In this document: piece after piece, positions 20,675 to 30,711 of the stretch
Numbering within the stretch: the stretch's first letter is position 1
Layout: every line of letters begins with the position of its first letter
From: an uncultured Actinomycetes bacterium
GTDB lineage: Bacteria > Actinomycetota > Acidimicrobiia > Spongiisociales > DATADW01
Direction of reading: 5' to 3'
DNA: 64,000 nt
Assembly (NCBI GenBank): GCA_963824995.1
Contig: CAWGRK010000010.1
Coordinates: 184,928 to 248,927, forward strand
Notes under the pieces: model-generated
What the model saw: only the letters and a program-made list of their open reading frames with translations
What the model was told of the DNA's origin: nothing
Databases searched by the model: none
Position numbers and translations under genes: made by a program

Positions 20675-21535
20675 TCAGCTCGCCGCCGCCAGCGCCTGAC
20701 TCAGCGCCCTTCTGGCAAAGACCTTCGCCAGGTGGGTCTTGTACTCCACCGACCCGTAGAGGTCTTCGAGCACCGTCACCCCATCGGCTGCACGCTCAGC
20801 CGCGGCGGCGACTGCCTCCTCGGTGGCATCCGCACCCTGGATCGCCTCGATCACGCCATGGGCGAGCATCGGCTTGGTACCGACACCGGTGAGCGCCACA
20901 GTGGCCTCGGCGATGCTGCCGTTCTCGCGCCGCACCCATGCGGCGGCTCCTGCCACGGCGTAGTCGGAGTGGCCGCCTCGCCGCCCCATCTTGTCGTATG
21001 CGGACCCACCATCGCGCTTGGGCAACTTGATCTCCACCAGGATCTCGTCTGGCTCCAACGCAGAGGTCATCACGTCTACGACGAAGTCACCGGCTGCGAT
21101 CTGGCGCGACCCGCCCGAGGACTTCACCACCATTGTCGCCCCGAGGGCGATCACCGCGGCTGGCTGGTCGGCGGCCACATCGGCGTGAGCCATCGAGCCG
21201 CACAGCGTGCCCCGATTCCGCACCTGGACGTCACCGGTCCACGACGCCGCCTGCGACAAGGCGGTGGCGTGCTCCCGGATCAGATCGCTCGACGCGATCT
21301 CGTTGTGACGTACTAGTGCCCCAATTGAGATGTGTTCGCCCTTGTCCTCGATCTGGTCGAGGTCAGGGATCCGCCCGATGTCCACGACCAATTCGGGTGA
21401 GAGAAGACGCAGCTTCATCAGTGGGAGTAGCGACATCCCTCCCGAGAGCACCTTCGCCCCCGGGTTCTCGGTGAGGATGGTGAGCGCCTCCTCGATGGTC
21501 GCTGGAGCGACATACTCGAAGCTTCTCGGGTACAT
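20675..21535 (-). CDS. coxM: Molybdenum hydroxylase medium (FAD) subunit
   Basis: LSGGMSLLPLMKLRL, QVRNRGTLCGSMAHAD. Confidence 0.92.
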   Translation of the reverse strand: MYPRSFEYVAPATIEEALTILTENPGAKVLSGGMSLLPLMKLRLLSPELVVDIGRIPDLDQIEDKGEHISIGALVRHNEIASSDLIREHATALSQAASWTGDVQVRNRGTLCGSMAHADVAADQPAAVIALGATMVVKSSGGSRQIAAGDFVVDVMTSALEPDEILVEIKLPKRDGGSAYDKMGRRGGHSDYAVAGAAAWVRRENGSIAEATVALTGVGTKPMLAHGVIEAIQGADATEEAVAAAAERAADGVTVLEDLYGSVEYKTHLAKVFARRALSQALAAAS

Positions 21536-23889
21536 CAGCCCTCACCTCCCTGACCTGCATCCTGTATCGCCTGCCAGACCCGCCTTGGTCGTAGCGGCAT
21601 GTCGATGGTCTGCACCCCCAGCGGCCTGAGGGCGTCGAGCACGGCGGCCACGATGGTCTGAGCCGACCCGATGGTCCCCGCCTCGCCGATCCCCTTCACT
21701 CCCAGGGGGTTGGCGTCGGTGGGGGTCACCGTGCTGTCCATCTCGAACGACGGAATGTCCGCAGCCGTCGGGATCTGATAATCGGCCAGCGAAGGTGTCA
21801 GCAGACTCCCACTCTCGTCGTATACGGCCTCCTCGAAGAGCGCCTGACCAATTCCCTGAACGATCCCGCCATGGATCTGGCCGGCGACGATCATCGGATT
21901 GATCACCGTCCCGCAATCGTCCACCGCCAGATAACGCAGCAACTCGACGTTGCCTGTCTCCACGTCTACTTCGACCACCGCCATGTGCGCCCCGTACGGC
22001 CATGTGGCGTTGGTCGGGTCGAAGAAGGCGACGTCCTCGAGTCCGGCCTCCACACCCTCTGGCAGCTGGTATTGCTGGTAGGCGGTGGCGACCAGATCGT
22101 CCCATTCCACCGATTGCTCCGGCGACCCGGCCACGAAGGCCTTGCCGTCCTCGAATCGAATGTCCTCGGCGGCGGCTTCGAGCATGTGAGCTGCGATGCG
22201 GGCTGCCTTCTCCTGGACCCTCCCCGCGGCCCGTGCGATAGCGGGCCCGCCGACGGCCGCAGACCGGCTGCCGAAGGTGCCGATGCCCATGGGTGAATCG
22301 TGAGTGTCGCCGTGCCGTACTTTGACCCGTTCGAATGGGACCCCCAGCGTGTCGCTGGCGATCTGGGCCCAGGTGGTCTCGTGTCCCTGCCCGGTTGGAC
22401 CTGTGCCCGTTACCACGGTGACACTTCCATCGGGGTTGGCCCGCACCGCCGCCGACTCGTTGAATGCCGACGGCAACCCATAGCCAGCCCAGGAGAACCC
22501 GCCCTCGAACATTGCCGAGGGAGCGAGACCACAGTTCTCGACATACGTTGTGAGCCCGATACCGAGGTAGCGCCCTTCCTCTCTCGCCTTGGCCTGCTCC
22601 TGGCGGAGACTGTCGACGTCGGCCATCTCGAGCAGGCGGTCGAGTGTGGCGGCGTACTGGCCCGAGTCCATCACCATCCCCACCTTCGTCTCGAAGGGGA
22701 AGTCCTCGGGTTTGACGTAGTTGCGGCTCCGCAGCTCAGCCGGATCCATGTCGAGCTCAGCGGCCAGGGCGTCGACGGCGCGCTCCAGGTAGTAGGCCGC
22801 CTCGGGCCGTCCAGCGCCGCGGTACGCATCGGTGACCGGGGTGTTGGTGTACACGCAGTCGATCTTGAAGTGAACGTTCGGTATGTCGTACTGACCCGGA
22901 GCGGTGAACTGGCCCAGCACTGGTATGGCGATGGTGAAGTTCTGCGAATAGGCGCCCATGTCGGCGAGCCCGACCAATTCATAGGCGACGATCTCGCCCT
23001 CCTTGGTCGCTGCGATCTTGGCGGTAGCCACCCAGCCTCTCCCTTGGATCGTGGCTACGGCCGCCTCTCGTCTTGTCTCGGTCCAGCGGACCGGGCTCCC
23101 CAGCGTCTTGCTGGCGAATGTGCAGAGGATCTCGTCGGGATAGACGTTGAGCTTGCATCCGAACCCACCGCCCACCTCGGGTGCGACCACCCGCACGTCG
23201 TTGGCGTCCAGTCCGAACGTGGTGGCGATGGCGCCGGCGAGGGCATGCGGTATCTGGGTGGTGGACCAGGCGTTGACCCTGCCGTAGCCATCATTCCATT
23301 CCGCTAGGACTGCTCGGGGCTCGATAGGGACCGGGATGAGGCGCTGGTTGACCAACTTGCGCTCCACCACCACGACGTCGTCCCTCCCGAAAGCCTCGGC
23401 ACAACCGTCGGCGTCCCCCGCTTCCCAGGTGTGGACGACGTTGGAGGCGTCGTGGACCTGGATCCGATCGGTGGCGGCATCTTCGAGATCTACGGCGGCC
23501 TCCATGGCGTCGTAGTCGACCTCGACAGCGTCGGCAGCGTCGCGGGCCAGGTACTTGTCGTCGGCCACCACCATGGCGACCGCTTCGCCGACATGGCGCA
23601 CCTGTCCATCGGCCAGAAGCGGCTTCAAGGTCCCCACCGGAACCTGCGCCAGCAGCGGGCCGAGATGGCGGACGTCCTCGATGGTGTACACGGCGTGAAC
23701 ACCCGGCATCTCGAGGGCCGCCGACCCATCGATCGAGTTGACCATTGCACGGGCGTACGGGCTACGGACGAAGGCAGCCGACAACTCGCCGGGGAGCCGG
23801 ATGTCCTCTACGTAGCGGCCGGTGCCCACGATCAGCGCCGGATCCTCCTTGCGCTTGATCGACTTGCCAAACAACTTCGTGGTGGTCAT
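21535..23889 (-). CDS. coxL: Molybdenum hydroxylase large subunit, form II CODH-like
   Basis: [14 protein letters not shown], active-site AYRGAGR, GQGHET, FGSRS, KGIGEAG. Confidence 0.9.
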   Translation of the reverse strand: MTTTKLFGKSIKRKEDPALIVGTGRYVEDIRLPGELSAAFVRSPYARAMVNSIDGSAALEMPGVHAVYTIEDVRHLGPLLAQVPVGTLKPLLADGQVRHVGEAVAMVVADDKYLARDAADAVEVDYDAMEAAVDLEDAATDRIQVHDASNVVHTWEAGDADGCAEAFGRDDVVVVERKLVNQRLIPVPIEPRAVLAEWNDGYGRVNAWSTTQIPHALAGAIATTFGLDANDVRVVAPEVGGGFGCKLNVYPDEILCTFASKTLGSPVRWTETRREAAVATIQGRGWVATAKIAATKEGEIVAYELVGLADMGAYSQNFTIAIPVLGQFTAPGQYDIPNVHFKIDCVYTNTPVTDAYRGAGRPEAAYYLERAVDALAAELDMDPAELRSRNYVKPEDFPFETKVGMVMDSGQYAATLDRLLEMADVDSLRQEQAKAREEGRYLGIGLTTYVENCGLAPSAMFEGGFSWAGYGLPSAFNESAAVRANPDGSVTVVTGTGPTGQGHETTWAQIASDTLGVPFERVKVRHGDTHDSPMGIGTFGSRSAAVGGPAIARAAGRVQEKAARIAAHMLEAAAEDIRFEDGKAFVAGSPEQSVEWDDLVATAYQQYQLPEGVEAGLEDVAFFDPTNATWPYGAHMAVVEVDVETGNVELLRYLAVDDCGTVINPMIVAGQIHGGIVQGIGQALFEEAVYDESGSLLTPSLADYQIPTAADIPSFEMDSTVTPTDANPLGVKGIGEAGTIGSAQTIVAAVLDALRPLGVQTIDMPLRPRRVWQAIQDAGQGGEG

Positions 23890-24389
23890 ACCGGCACCTC
23901 CTCCCATTCGGCAGGTGCCGGGGTGTCGCCGCGCATCTTCGCTGCGGCGTACTCGATGGCGCGCACGATGTTGTGGTAGCCGGTGCAGCGGCAGAGGTTG
24001 CCGTCGATCCCGTGACGGATTTCGTCCTCCGACGGGTTCGGGTTGTCCGCCAGGAGGCCAACCGCCGACATGATCATCCCGGGGGTGCAGAACCCGCATT
24101 GCAGACCATGGCGCTCCCAGAACCCCTCTTGTACGGCGTGGAGCTCGCCGTCGCTCGCCAGCCCTTCGATGGTCGTCACCTCGGAGCCCTCGGCTTGCAC
24201 GGCGAGCATGGTGCATGACTTGGTCGTTATCCCATCGACCAGAACCGTGCAGGCCCCGCAGTACGAAGTCTCACAGCCGACATGGGTGCCGGTGAGGTGC
24301 AAATTGTCCCTGATGAGGTGTACGAGGAGTGTTCTGGGCTCCACATCCACCTTGACGGGTCGCCCGTTGACCGTGAGGCCGACTTGCAT
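23886..24389 (-). CDS. coxS: Molybdenum hydroxylase small 2x[2Fe-2S] subunit
   Basis: [27 protein letters not shown]. Confidence 0.95.
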   Translation of the reverse strand: MQVGLTVNGRPVKVDVEPRTLLVHLIRDNLHLTGTHVGCETSYCGACTVLVDGITTKSCTMLAVQAEGSEVTTIEGLASDGELHAVQEGFWERHGLQCGFCTPGMIMSAVGLLADNPNPSEDEIRHGIDGNLCRCTGYHNIVRAIEYAAAKMRGDTPAPAEWEEVPV

Positions 24390-24539
24390 AACTCCTCCTC
24401 CCAGCCCCCCTGCGATGCGGCTCCGGTGTCGCTGCCGGCCCGCCGTCCGAACTTATCAGAGCCGGGGCCGCGATGTCGGCTGTGTGGCCCCCGAGTGAGT
24501 GGTGACTCTGATCAATCGAACCTACGGTGGTCACCGAGA

Positions 24540-25946
24540 ATGCGATATCGCCGACTCAGCCTGCTGATCGCGGTGGTGGCTACCGCCACCGCCATCGCGT
24601 CGCCCGCCAGCGCCGACCGCATCATGGACGAGCACTTCGAGGAGTATCCATGGAGCGATGACGGCAGCAACGCGCCCTGGTCGGATGTGCGCTCTGCCGA
24701 TTTCGCCAACAGCCGGTTGGGCCCCGGGTTCCTCGAGGAGGGATTGCAGGTGGCGATCCCCGCCGGTCAGCAGCGCGGTGTCGGGCCGATGTACAACTTC
24801 AAGGGGAAGGGACCGTCCGAAGCCTGGTTCCGCTACTACGTCTGGTTGGAACGCTGGCGCCCCACGTACTCGGGAAAGCTCCCCGGGCTATCCGGCTTGT
24901 ACGGCTCGTCGGCCAAGGGCTGTATCCCGTCGGTGCCAGGAAACCCCGGCTGGTCGGCACGGCTCTACTGGCTCCCACCGGGGGTGGATGGAGTGGCCGT
25001 GGGGGAGACGGCGATCGGATCGTACGTCTACCACCTCGACCAGCCCACAGAGTGCGGAAATGCACTCGCCTGGGATCCTGGTTCGCTCGAGAGACAGCGC
25101 TGGCACTGCATCGAGGGCCATGTGCGGCTCAACACGCTCGGCGAGTCGGACGGCGTGATCGAAGGGTGGATAGACGGTGAGAAGGCCTTTCGGCGTGCCG
25201 ACCTGCGATTCCGCCTCGCCGGTCAGAAGTTCGTCCAGATCAAGGAGTTCTGGATGGACGTGTACTTCGGCGGTACGTTCGCCACTCCCAATCGCCTCGT
25301 GCTCCGCCTCGACGAGATCGCCGTCTCCAACGAGGGGCGACCCCGCTGCATCGACCCCTTCACCGACGATGACAACTCGACCCACGAAAGCGATCTCACA
25401 GACCTGCACGCCCGAGGGTTCTTCGAGGGGTGCCAGCGCCGGCGCGCCTGTCCGGATGACACGCTGACCAGGGCGGAGATGGCGGTGCTGCTGGTGCGTG
25501 TGCTCGCCCTCCCCCACACCGAGACCAACCACTTCCGCGACGACAACGACCACTGGGCTGAGGCGTACATCGATCGGCTCGCCGCCAGCGGCATCACGAT
25601 GGGGTGTGATCGCCGCCTCTTCTGCCCGGAGGACCCGGTGACACGCGCCGAATTGGCCACCTTCCTCGACCGGGCCTATGAGCCTCCCGGCACCAGCCAG
25701 GATTTCTTCACCGACGACGACGACCACTGGGCGCGGCGCAGCATCGATCGGCTCGGCGCCGCCGGTGTGATCAATGGATGCACCCCGACTGCGTTCTGTC
25801 CGGAGGCGACGATAAGTCGTGGCCAGACCGCGGCATTGCTCGCCAGGGCTATCAGATGGTCAGAGGCCCAGACTGAGGAGACCGCGGTATCGGCAGCCCT
25901 CAGCCAGGCTGAGCGCGACGCCATGACCGCCGGGGACCACGACTAG
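24540..25946 (+). CDS. Secreted polysaccharide lyase (PL14-like) with three C-terminal SLH domains
   Basis: Signal peptide ending ASA; GKLPGL, GWSARLYW, YVYH, YFGG; TRAEMA/TRAELA/SRGQTA repeats. Confidence 0.72.
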   Translation: MRYRRLSLLIAVVATATAIASPASADRIMDEHFEEYPWSDDGSNAPWSDVRSADFANSRLGPGFLEEGLQVAIPAGQQRGVGPMYNFKGKGPSEAWFRYYVWLERWRPTYSGKLPGLSGLYGSSAKGCIPSVPGNPGWSARLYWLPPGVDGVAVGETAIGSYVYHLDQPTECGNALAWDPGSLERQRWHCIEGHVRLNTLGESDGVIEGWIDGEKAFRRADLRFRLAGQKFVQIKEFWMDVYFGGTFATPNRLVLRLDEIAVSNEGRPRCIDPFTDDDNSTHESDLTDLHARGFFEGCQRRRACPDDTLTRAEMAVLLVRVLALPHTETNHFRDDNDHWAEAYIDRLAASGITMGCDRRLFCPEDPVTRAELATFLDRAYEPPGTSQDFFTDDDDHWARRSIDRLGAAGVINGCTPTAFCPEATISRGQTAALLARAIRWSEAQTEETAVSAALSQAERDAMTAGDHD

Positions 25947-26398
25947 GCGAGTGCTATGGCGAGCGAGGCTTGGAGATAGCCGAGGTAGTCGAGCGTCGCC
26001 ATCTCGGGTCCGCCTCGCTCGCGAGCCAGGTCGTAGTCGCTCTCCTTGTCGATCCCGAGCCTGGCGGCGAGAACCCGTCGGGCCTCGCCGAGAACCCGCA
26101 ACCAGGATTCGGCCTCGTCCTCGGAAAGAAACGCCCCCCTCTCGGCCCCGCCGAGTGTCTCCTCGAAGCGGATGCGGTCCTCCGACTTTTCGCGAGCCAT
26201 GTCGGCCCCCATGAGCCGCCAGAACTCGTCATCCTCATCCGGAGAGCCCGGATACACCGGAAGCCGACCGTGAGCCTGGGTGGGAGAGGGTGCTTCGGCC
26301 ACCAGAAGAGGTAGCAACTGACCAAGCACGGCCACCTCGTTGATATCGAGCTTGACCTTGATCCGGCCCTTGCGGTCGACGCCAAACGGCTCCCTCAT
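25943..26398 (-). CDS. DUF2017 family protein
   Basis: Coupled to clp[32 protein letters not shown]. Confidence 0.75.
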   Translation of the reverse strand: MREPFGVDRKGRIKVKLDINEVAVLGQLLPLLVAEAPSPTQAHGRLPVYPGSPDEDDEFWRLMGADMAREKSEDRIRFEETLGGAERGAFLSEDEAESWLRVLGEARRVLAARLGIDKESDYDLARERGGPEMATLDYLGYLQASLAIALA

Positions 26399-26694
26399 GA
26401 CTTCTCCAGGGTGGCCCAAAGCCCATAGTGGTGAAGCCGATAGCAGTCGACTTCCGACTTCTCCCTAGGTCCGCACGCCACCACCGCCCGCCCCTCGTGG
26501 TGAACGGCGAGCATCAACCGGGTGGCCTCCTCTTCCGAATGGCCGAAGAGCTTTCGGAAGACATAGACCACGTATTCCATCAGGTTCACGGGGTCGTTCC
26601 ACACCACGACGTTCCACGGAGTGTCGCCCCGGACCTCCTTGTCGGCGTCGGGACGATCGGTCCGGACCGGCAGCGCCACCGTGAGTTCAGCCAT
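26395..26694 (-). CDS. clpS: ATP-dependent Clp protease adaptor
   Basis: [29 protein letters not shown]. Confidence 0.95.
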   Translation of the reverse strand: MAELTVALPVRTDRPDADKEVRGDTPWNVVVWNDPVNLMEYVVYVFRKLFGHSEEEATRLMLAVHHEGRAVVACGPREKSEVDCYRLHHYGLWATLEKS

Positions 26695-26911
26695 CGCCGC
26701 CGCGGCCCCGGTTGAGCCAGTCCTCGAGATCCTGGCGCGCCACCCTCCATTCCCGGCCCACCTTCACCCCGGGCAGTTCCCCCATCCTCAGCCGGGCGGT
26801 GATCACGAACGGCGACACATCGAGATAGTCGCACACGTCGGCCACCGAAAGCCAGTCCTTCTGGATCGTCACCCGGATCGGGTCCACCGGTTTGAGGCTA
26901 GCTATCCGCAT
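26687..26911 (-). CDS. Small excisionase/BldC-like HTH DNA-binding protein
   Basis: [14 protein letters not shown]...[14 protein letters not shown] (end of ORF 26687-27925); start uncertain. Confidence 0.75.
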   Translation of the reverse strand: MRIASLKPVDPIRVTIQKDWLSVADVCDYLDVSPFVITARLRMGELPGVKVGREWRVARQDLEDWLNRGRGGDG

Positions 26912-26996
26912 CTGGTCGATTGGCCCGGAGCGCGAAACGCAATCGCCCAGATCCTGCTGACATTGGATATGTTTGCGATATCTTGAGTTATCTAGG

Positions 26997-27332
26997 ATGA
27001 GACAGCTTTCCGTCATGGTGTTGAGCCCAGAAGACCCGCTTCGCCACCCGGACCTCGTCGAAATGGCGCGGAGATTGAGGTCGCAACTCGAGTCGGTGCT
27101 CGATGCCGAGCGCGCCGCAGCGCATGCCATCGCTCGTCGCAGCGAGACGATGCGCGATCGTTTGATCTTCGCTGAGGACAATGGAGACAGGGTCGTGATC
27201 ACCTGCTGCGACGGCACCAGGAGGGTGGGGAAACTCGGTGGTGTCGGCCTCGATGTCGTCGTGATCGTCGCACCGGAGAGGGAGCAGGTGGTGGCCATGC
27301 GGCACATCGTCAGCTTGGAGACGATGCAGTGA
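26997..27332 (+). CDS. Hypothetical protein
   Basis: Plausible codon usage; GTGA overlap with the next gene; start uncertain. Confidence 0.6.
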   Translation: MRQLSVMVLSPEDPLRHPDLVEMARRLRSQLESVLDAERAAAHAIARRSETMRDRLIFAEDNGDRVVITCCDGTRRVGKLGGVGLDVVVIVAPEREQVVAMRHIVSLETMQ

Positions 27333-28387
27333 CCGAGCGACCGCTGGTGGCCACGGTGCTCTCGGCACGACCCTGGGAGGCCCGACTCGTTGCGGTGGCT
27401 CGCGCCGCCGGGAGCATCAGGGTGGTGGGACGCCTCTACCAACCAGAGGATCTTGACCGACTTCGTCGGGTCGACGTTGTCGTCGTCGGTGCCGAGACGC
27501 CCTGGGCGACACCGGCTCGGGTGAAATCGTGGCGCGACCGGGGCATCGCCGTGCTCGGCGTAGTACCCGATGGGGACAGACCGGCGGCGGCCCGCTTCAG
27601 CGGTTCGGGTGCCATGGTGACCGGGGAGCACACTCCGACGCAGTCGCTTCTCGCTTCGATCCGGCTGGCGGCCACCGCAAGACCGACCACGGGCGGAGCG
27701 GGCAGGTTTGCCGCCGTCGTGGGTCCGCGAGGCGCCCCGGGGGTCACCGAAGTGGCGCTGGCACTCGCCGGCGGTCTGGCCGGGGCGGTGCGGACGCTTC
27801 TCGTTGACCTCGACACGGGAGCCCCCAGCGTCGGGATGAGACTGGGTCTGCCACCGGGAGGCGGGCTGACGGTGACCACCGAACGGCTGCGGTGCAACGC
27901 CGGGTGGCTCGAGGAGGGAGCCCACAAGTTCGGCGCGTTGAGTGTTGTCCCGGGGGAAGGGCCGCGGTGCGCCCCGTCGGCGGTCGACGACCTCCTCGTA
28001 GCCGGGCGATCGGGGTTCGAGATGATCGTCGCTGACCGGGGACCGGTCGAGGGCAACGACCCGGTCCTGGTCGCAGCCGACTCGGCGGTATTGGTGTGCC
28101 GCCCCTCACCCACCGGCCTCGTGAGGGCTGCCCGACTGGTCGCCGAGTGGGGTGGTCCGATCCCCTGGCTCGTGGTCAACCGGGTGGAGGATCGACGAGC
28201 CGCGACCATGGCGGCCCGCAGATTCATAGGGCTGGAGCCGGCCGTCTTGCTGCAGGAGGACGCAGGCATTGGAGGTACCGCTGGTGAGGGCCCATCGCCT
28301 CGGATGATCGAATCGCTACGTCCGCTCCACGCCGGCCTCGTCGAGAGCAGCGGTGGGCGCTGCCCGGTAGGAGCCGAGATGATGTAG
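27329..28387 (+). CDS. CpaE/MinD-like protein (receiver-like N-terminus, degenerate P-loop)
   Basis: GPRGAPGVTEVALALA, TLLVDLD, MIVADRG, LVVNRV. Confidence 0.6.
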   Translation: MTERPLVATVLSARPWEARLVAVARAAGSIRVVGRLYQPEDLDRLRRVDVVVVGAETPWATPARVKSWRDRGIAVLGVVPDGDRPAAARFSGSGAMVTGEHTPTQSLLASIRLAATARPTTGGAGRFAAVVGPRGAPGVTEVALALAGGLAGAVRTLLVDLDTGAPSVGMRLGLPPGGGLTVTTERLRCNAGWLEEGAHKFGALSVVPGEGPRCAPSAVDDLLVAGRSGFEMIVADRGPVEGNDPVLVAADSAVLVCRPSPTGLVRAARLVAEWGGPIPWLVVNRVEDRRAATMAARRFIGLEPAVLLQEDAGIGGTAGEGPSPRMIESLRPLHAGLVESSGGRCPVGAEMM

Positions 28388-29173
28388 CTCGACCAGCGTC
28401 GCCGGGATCGGCTCGAAGATGGCGGCGTAACCGTCTGGACCGGGAGGGTGCATCAGGTCCACGAAGAACCGGTGGCGCCAAGCCTCCTCGCTGGGGCGTG
28501 ACTCGATGCGGGTGAGGTTGGCGCCCCGCAGCCCCAACTCGGTGAGCGCCAATGCGAGCGCTCCCGGCTGATGCAGGGTTATGAAACTGATCGTCGTCTT
28601 GTCTGCGTCGGGTGCCACGGGCTCGGGGCCGGGCGCCAGCACGGCGAACCGGGTGGTGTTGTGCCATCGGTCTATGACTTCGGTGGCGAGCACCTCGAGT
28701 CCGTAGCGATCGGCCGCTGCTTCGGGCGCCAATGCCGCCTCATGGAGGTCGCCCCGCTCGGCCACCTCGCGGACCGCTCCTGCGGTGTCCGATGATGAGA
28801 CCGCCATCCAGCCCCTCTCGGCCATGAGGAATTCCGCCTGTCCTAGCGCCTCGGGATGAGAGCGGACCCTTGTGATCCCGTCGAGCGACGACCCGGGCAC
28901 GCCGAGCAGTGCATGGCGAACCTCGAGCAAGTGCTCGGCGACGATGGAGGCCGAAGAGCGGAGCAGCCGATCGAGCACGGGTAGGACGCTTCCCGTCGTG
29001 GAGTTCTCGATGGGGAGGACCAACCGATCGACCTCGCCCCGCTCGAGGGCGGCGAAGGCATCCGAGAACGACGCCAGCCCAGTCCGCCGGCATCCGGGGA
29101 ATAGCTCCCCTGCCGCCTGGTGGCTGTAGGAGAGCTCTTCGCCCTGGTAACCGATACCGAGCATCCGGTCCAT
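28316..29173 (-). CDS. pheA: Prephenate dehydratase
   Basis: YQGEELSYS, PIENSTTG, SHPEALGQ, NTTRF, NLTRIESRPS. Confidence 0.92.
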   Translation of the reverse strand: MDRMLGIGYQGEELSYSHQAAGELFPGCRRTGLASFSDAFAALERGEVDRLVLPIENSTTGSVLPVLDRLLRSSASIVAEHLLEVRHALLGVPGSSLDGITRVRSHPEALGQAEFLMAERGWMAVSSSDTAGAVREVAERGDLHEAALAPEAAADRYGLEVLATEVIDRWHNTTRFAVLAPGPEPVAPDADKTTISFITLHQPGALALALTELGLRGANLTRIESRPSEEAWRHRFFVDLMHPPGPDGYAAIFEPIPATLVELHHLGSYRAAPTAALDEAGVERT

Positions 29174-29257
29174 CGCCGTTGGACAGTAGAGCGCTCGCCG
29201 CGGCAGCCATGCGACGCTCGGGTGACAAAGCGAAGGCGCCTCTACCCTTGCCCGCCA

Positions 29258-30709
29258 ATGGCGACGCCCCCTGATCGGCCCCCGGAGTGGGTGGCCGACG
29301 CAGTCTTCTATCAGATCTTCCCCGACCGATTTGCCCGATCGGGCCGCGTGCCGCAACCGGGGAACCTCGAGCCGTGGGGGGAGCCTCCCACCCATCACGG
29401 CTACAAGGGAGGCGACCTGATTGGGATCGCCGAGAAGCTCGACTGGATCGAGGAGCTCGGTGCCAACGCCATCTATCTCAACCCCATCTTCCGTTCAGGG
29501 TCCAACCACCGATACCACACGCATGACTACTTCGTGGTTGACCCTCTGCTGGGGGGCGACGTTGGATTCGAACAGCTCATCGCGGCGTGCCGTGCGCGGG
29601 GAATCAGGGTGGTGCTCGACGGCGTCTTCAACCACGCCTCTCGAGGGTTCTTTCCCTTCCACGACATCATGGAGAACGGCGCCAGGTCACCCTGGATCGA
29701 CTGGTTTCACATCGACGGCTTCCCGATGAGGGCATACGACGAGGACAAGCCGCCCAACTACGCGGCGTGGTGGGGGCTCCACGCCCTCCCCAAGTTCAAC
29801 ACCGCCAACCCCCAGGTGGTCGATTTTCTCTACGCCGTGGGTGAGTACTGGGCCCGGCGCGGCATAGACGGTTGGAGGCTCGACGTGCCCAACGAGATCT
29901 CAACACCCGGGTTCTGGGAGGGGTTTCGGCAGCGGGTGAGAGCGGTGAACCCCGACCTTTACATCGTGGGCGAGATCTGGGAGCACGCCACCGCCTGGAT
30001 CGCCCGTGGCGACCGGTTCGACGCCACCATGAACTACCTGTTCGGTGGTTGGACGATTGCCTTCACCATTGGAGAAGCCATCGACTCCGATCTCACACGT
30101 GGTGCCTTGTACCCCATCGCCCCGCCACTCGACGCCGCCGCATATGGCGCCGCCGTCGTCCGCCTGCTCGACATCTACCCGGACCACGCCAACAGATCGA
30201 ATCTGAATCTGCTCGGCTCGCACGACACGCCGCGCGTGCTCAGCCTGGCCAAGGGAGATGTCACCGCGGTCGTGCTGGCAATGGTGCTGCTGCTCACCTT
30301 CCCCGGAGCTCCCTGCATCTATTACGGCGACGAGATCGGGATGGAGGGCGGTCGCGAACCGGCGTCACGCGCCGCGTTCCCCTGGAGCGATCCCGAGCGA
30401 TGGCATTCGGGGATCCTCTCCTCGATCCGCTCGCTCGTAGCACTCCGCCACGCCCATGCGGCTCTCCGCCACGGCTCCTACCGGTTGCTCCCCACCAGCA
30501 CCACGCTCCACTGGTTCACCCTCGACCATCCAGAGGAGCGGCTTGTGGTTGCCGTCAACGTCGGGCACGACGCTGCTTCGGTGAACGCGCCATCGATAGG
30601 CTCCCACTTCGAGACTCTGTGGGGCTTCGGCGGCATCGCCACCGAAGATGGGACCACCAGGGCCGCTATCGGACCGCGCTCGGCAGCCGTCTGGCGGGTG
30701 GTGGGCTGA
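29258..30709 (+). CDS. GH13 neopullulanase/cyclomaltodextrinase-like glycoside hydrolase
   Basis: YQIFPDRF, DGVFNH, GWRLDV, VGEIW, GSHDT, YYGDEIG. Confidence 0.93.
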   Translation: MATPPDRPPEWVADAVFYQIFPDRFARSGRVPQPGNLEPWGEPPTHHGYKGGDLIGIAEKLDWIEELGANAIYLNPIFRSGSNHRYHTHDYFVVDPLLGGDVGFEQLIAACRARGIRVVLDGVFNHASRGFFPFHDIMENGARSPWIDWFHIDGFPMRAYDEDKPPNYAAWWGLHALPKFNTANPQVVDFLYAVGEYWARRGIDGWRLDVPNEISTPGFWEGFRQRVRAVNPDLYIVGEIWEHATAWIARGDRFDATMNYLFGGWTIAFTIGEAIDSDLTRGALYPIAPPLDAAAYGAAVVRLLDIYPDHANRSNLNLLGSHDTPRVLSLAKGDVTAVVLAMVLLLTFPGAPCIYYGDEIGMEGGREPASRAAFPWSDPERWHSGILSSIRSLVALRHAHAALRHGSYRLLPTSTTLHWFTLDHPEERLVVAVNVGHDAASVNAPSIGSHFETLWGFGGIATEDGTTRAAIGPRSAAVWRVVG

Positions 30710-30711
30710 AC

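Noticed and set aside
21535..23889. Bona fide form I aerobic CO dehydrogenase
   Set aside because: Has AYRGAGR rather than AYxCSFR, and S-L-M gene order
26687..26911. Prophage or integrative element marked by an excisionase
   Set aside because: No integrase, att repeats or phage genes; flanked by housekeeping genes
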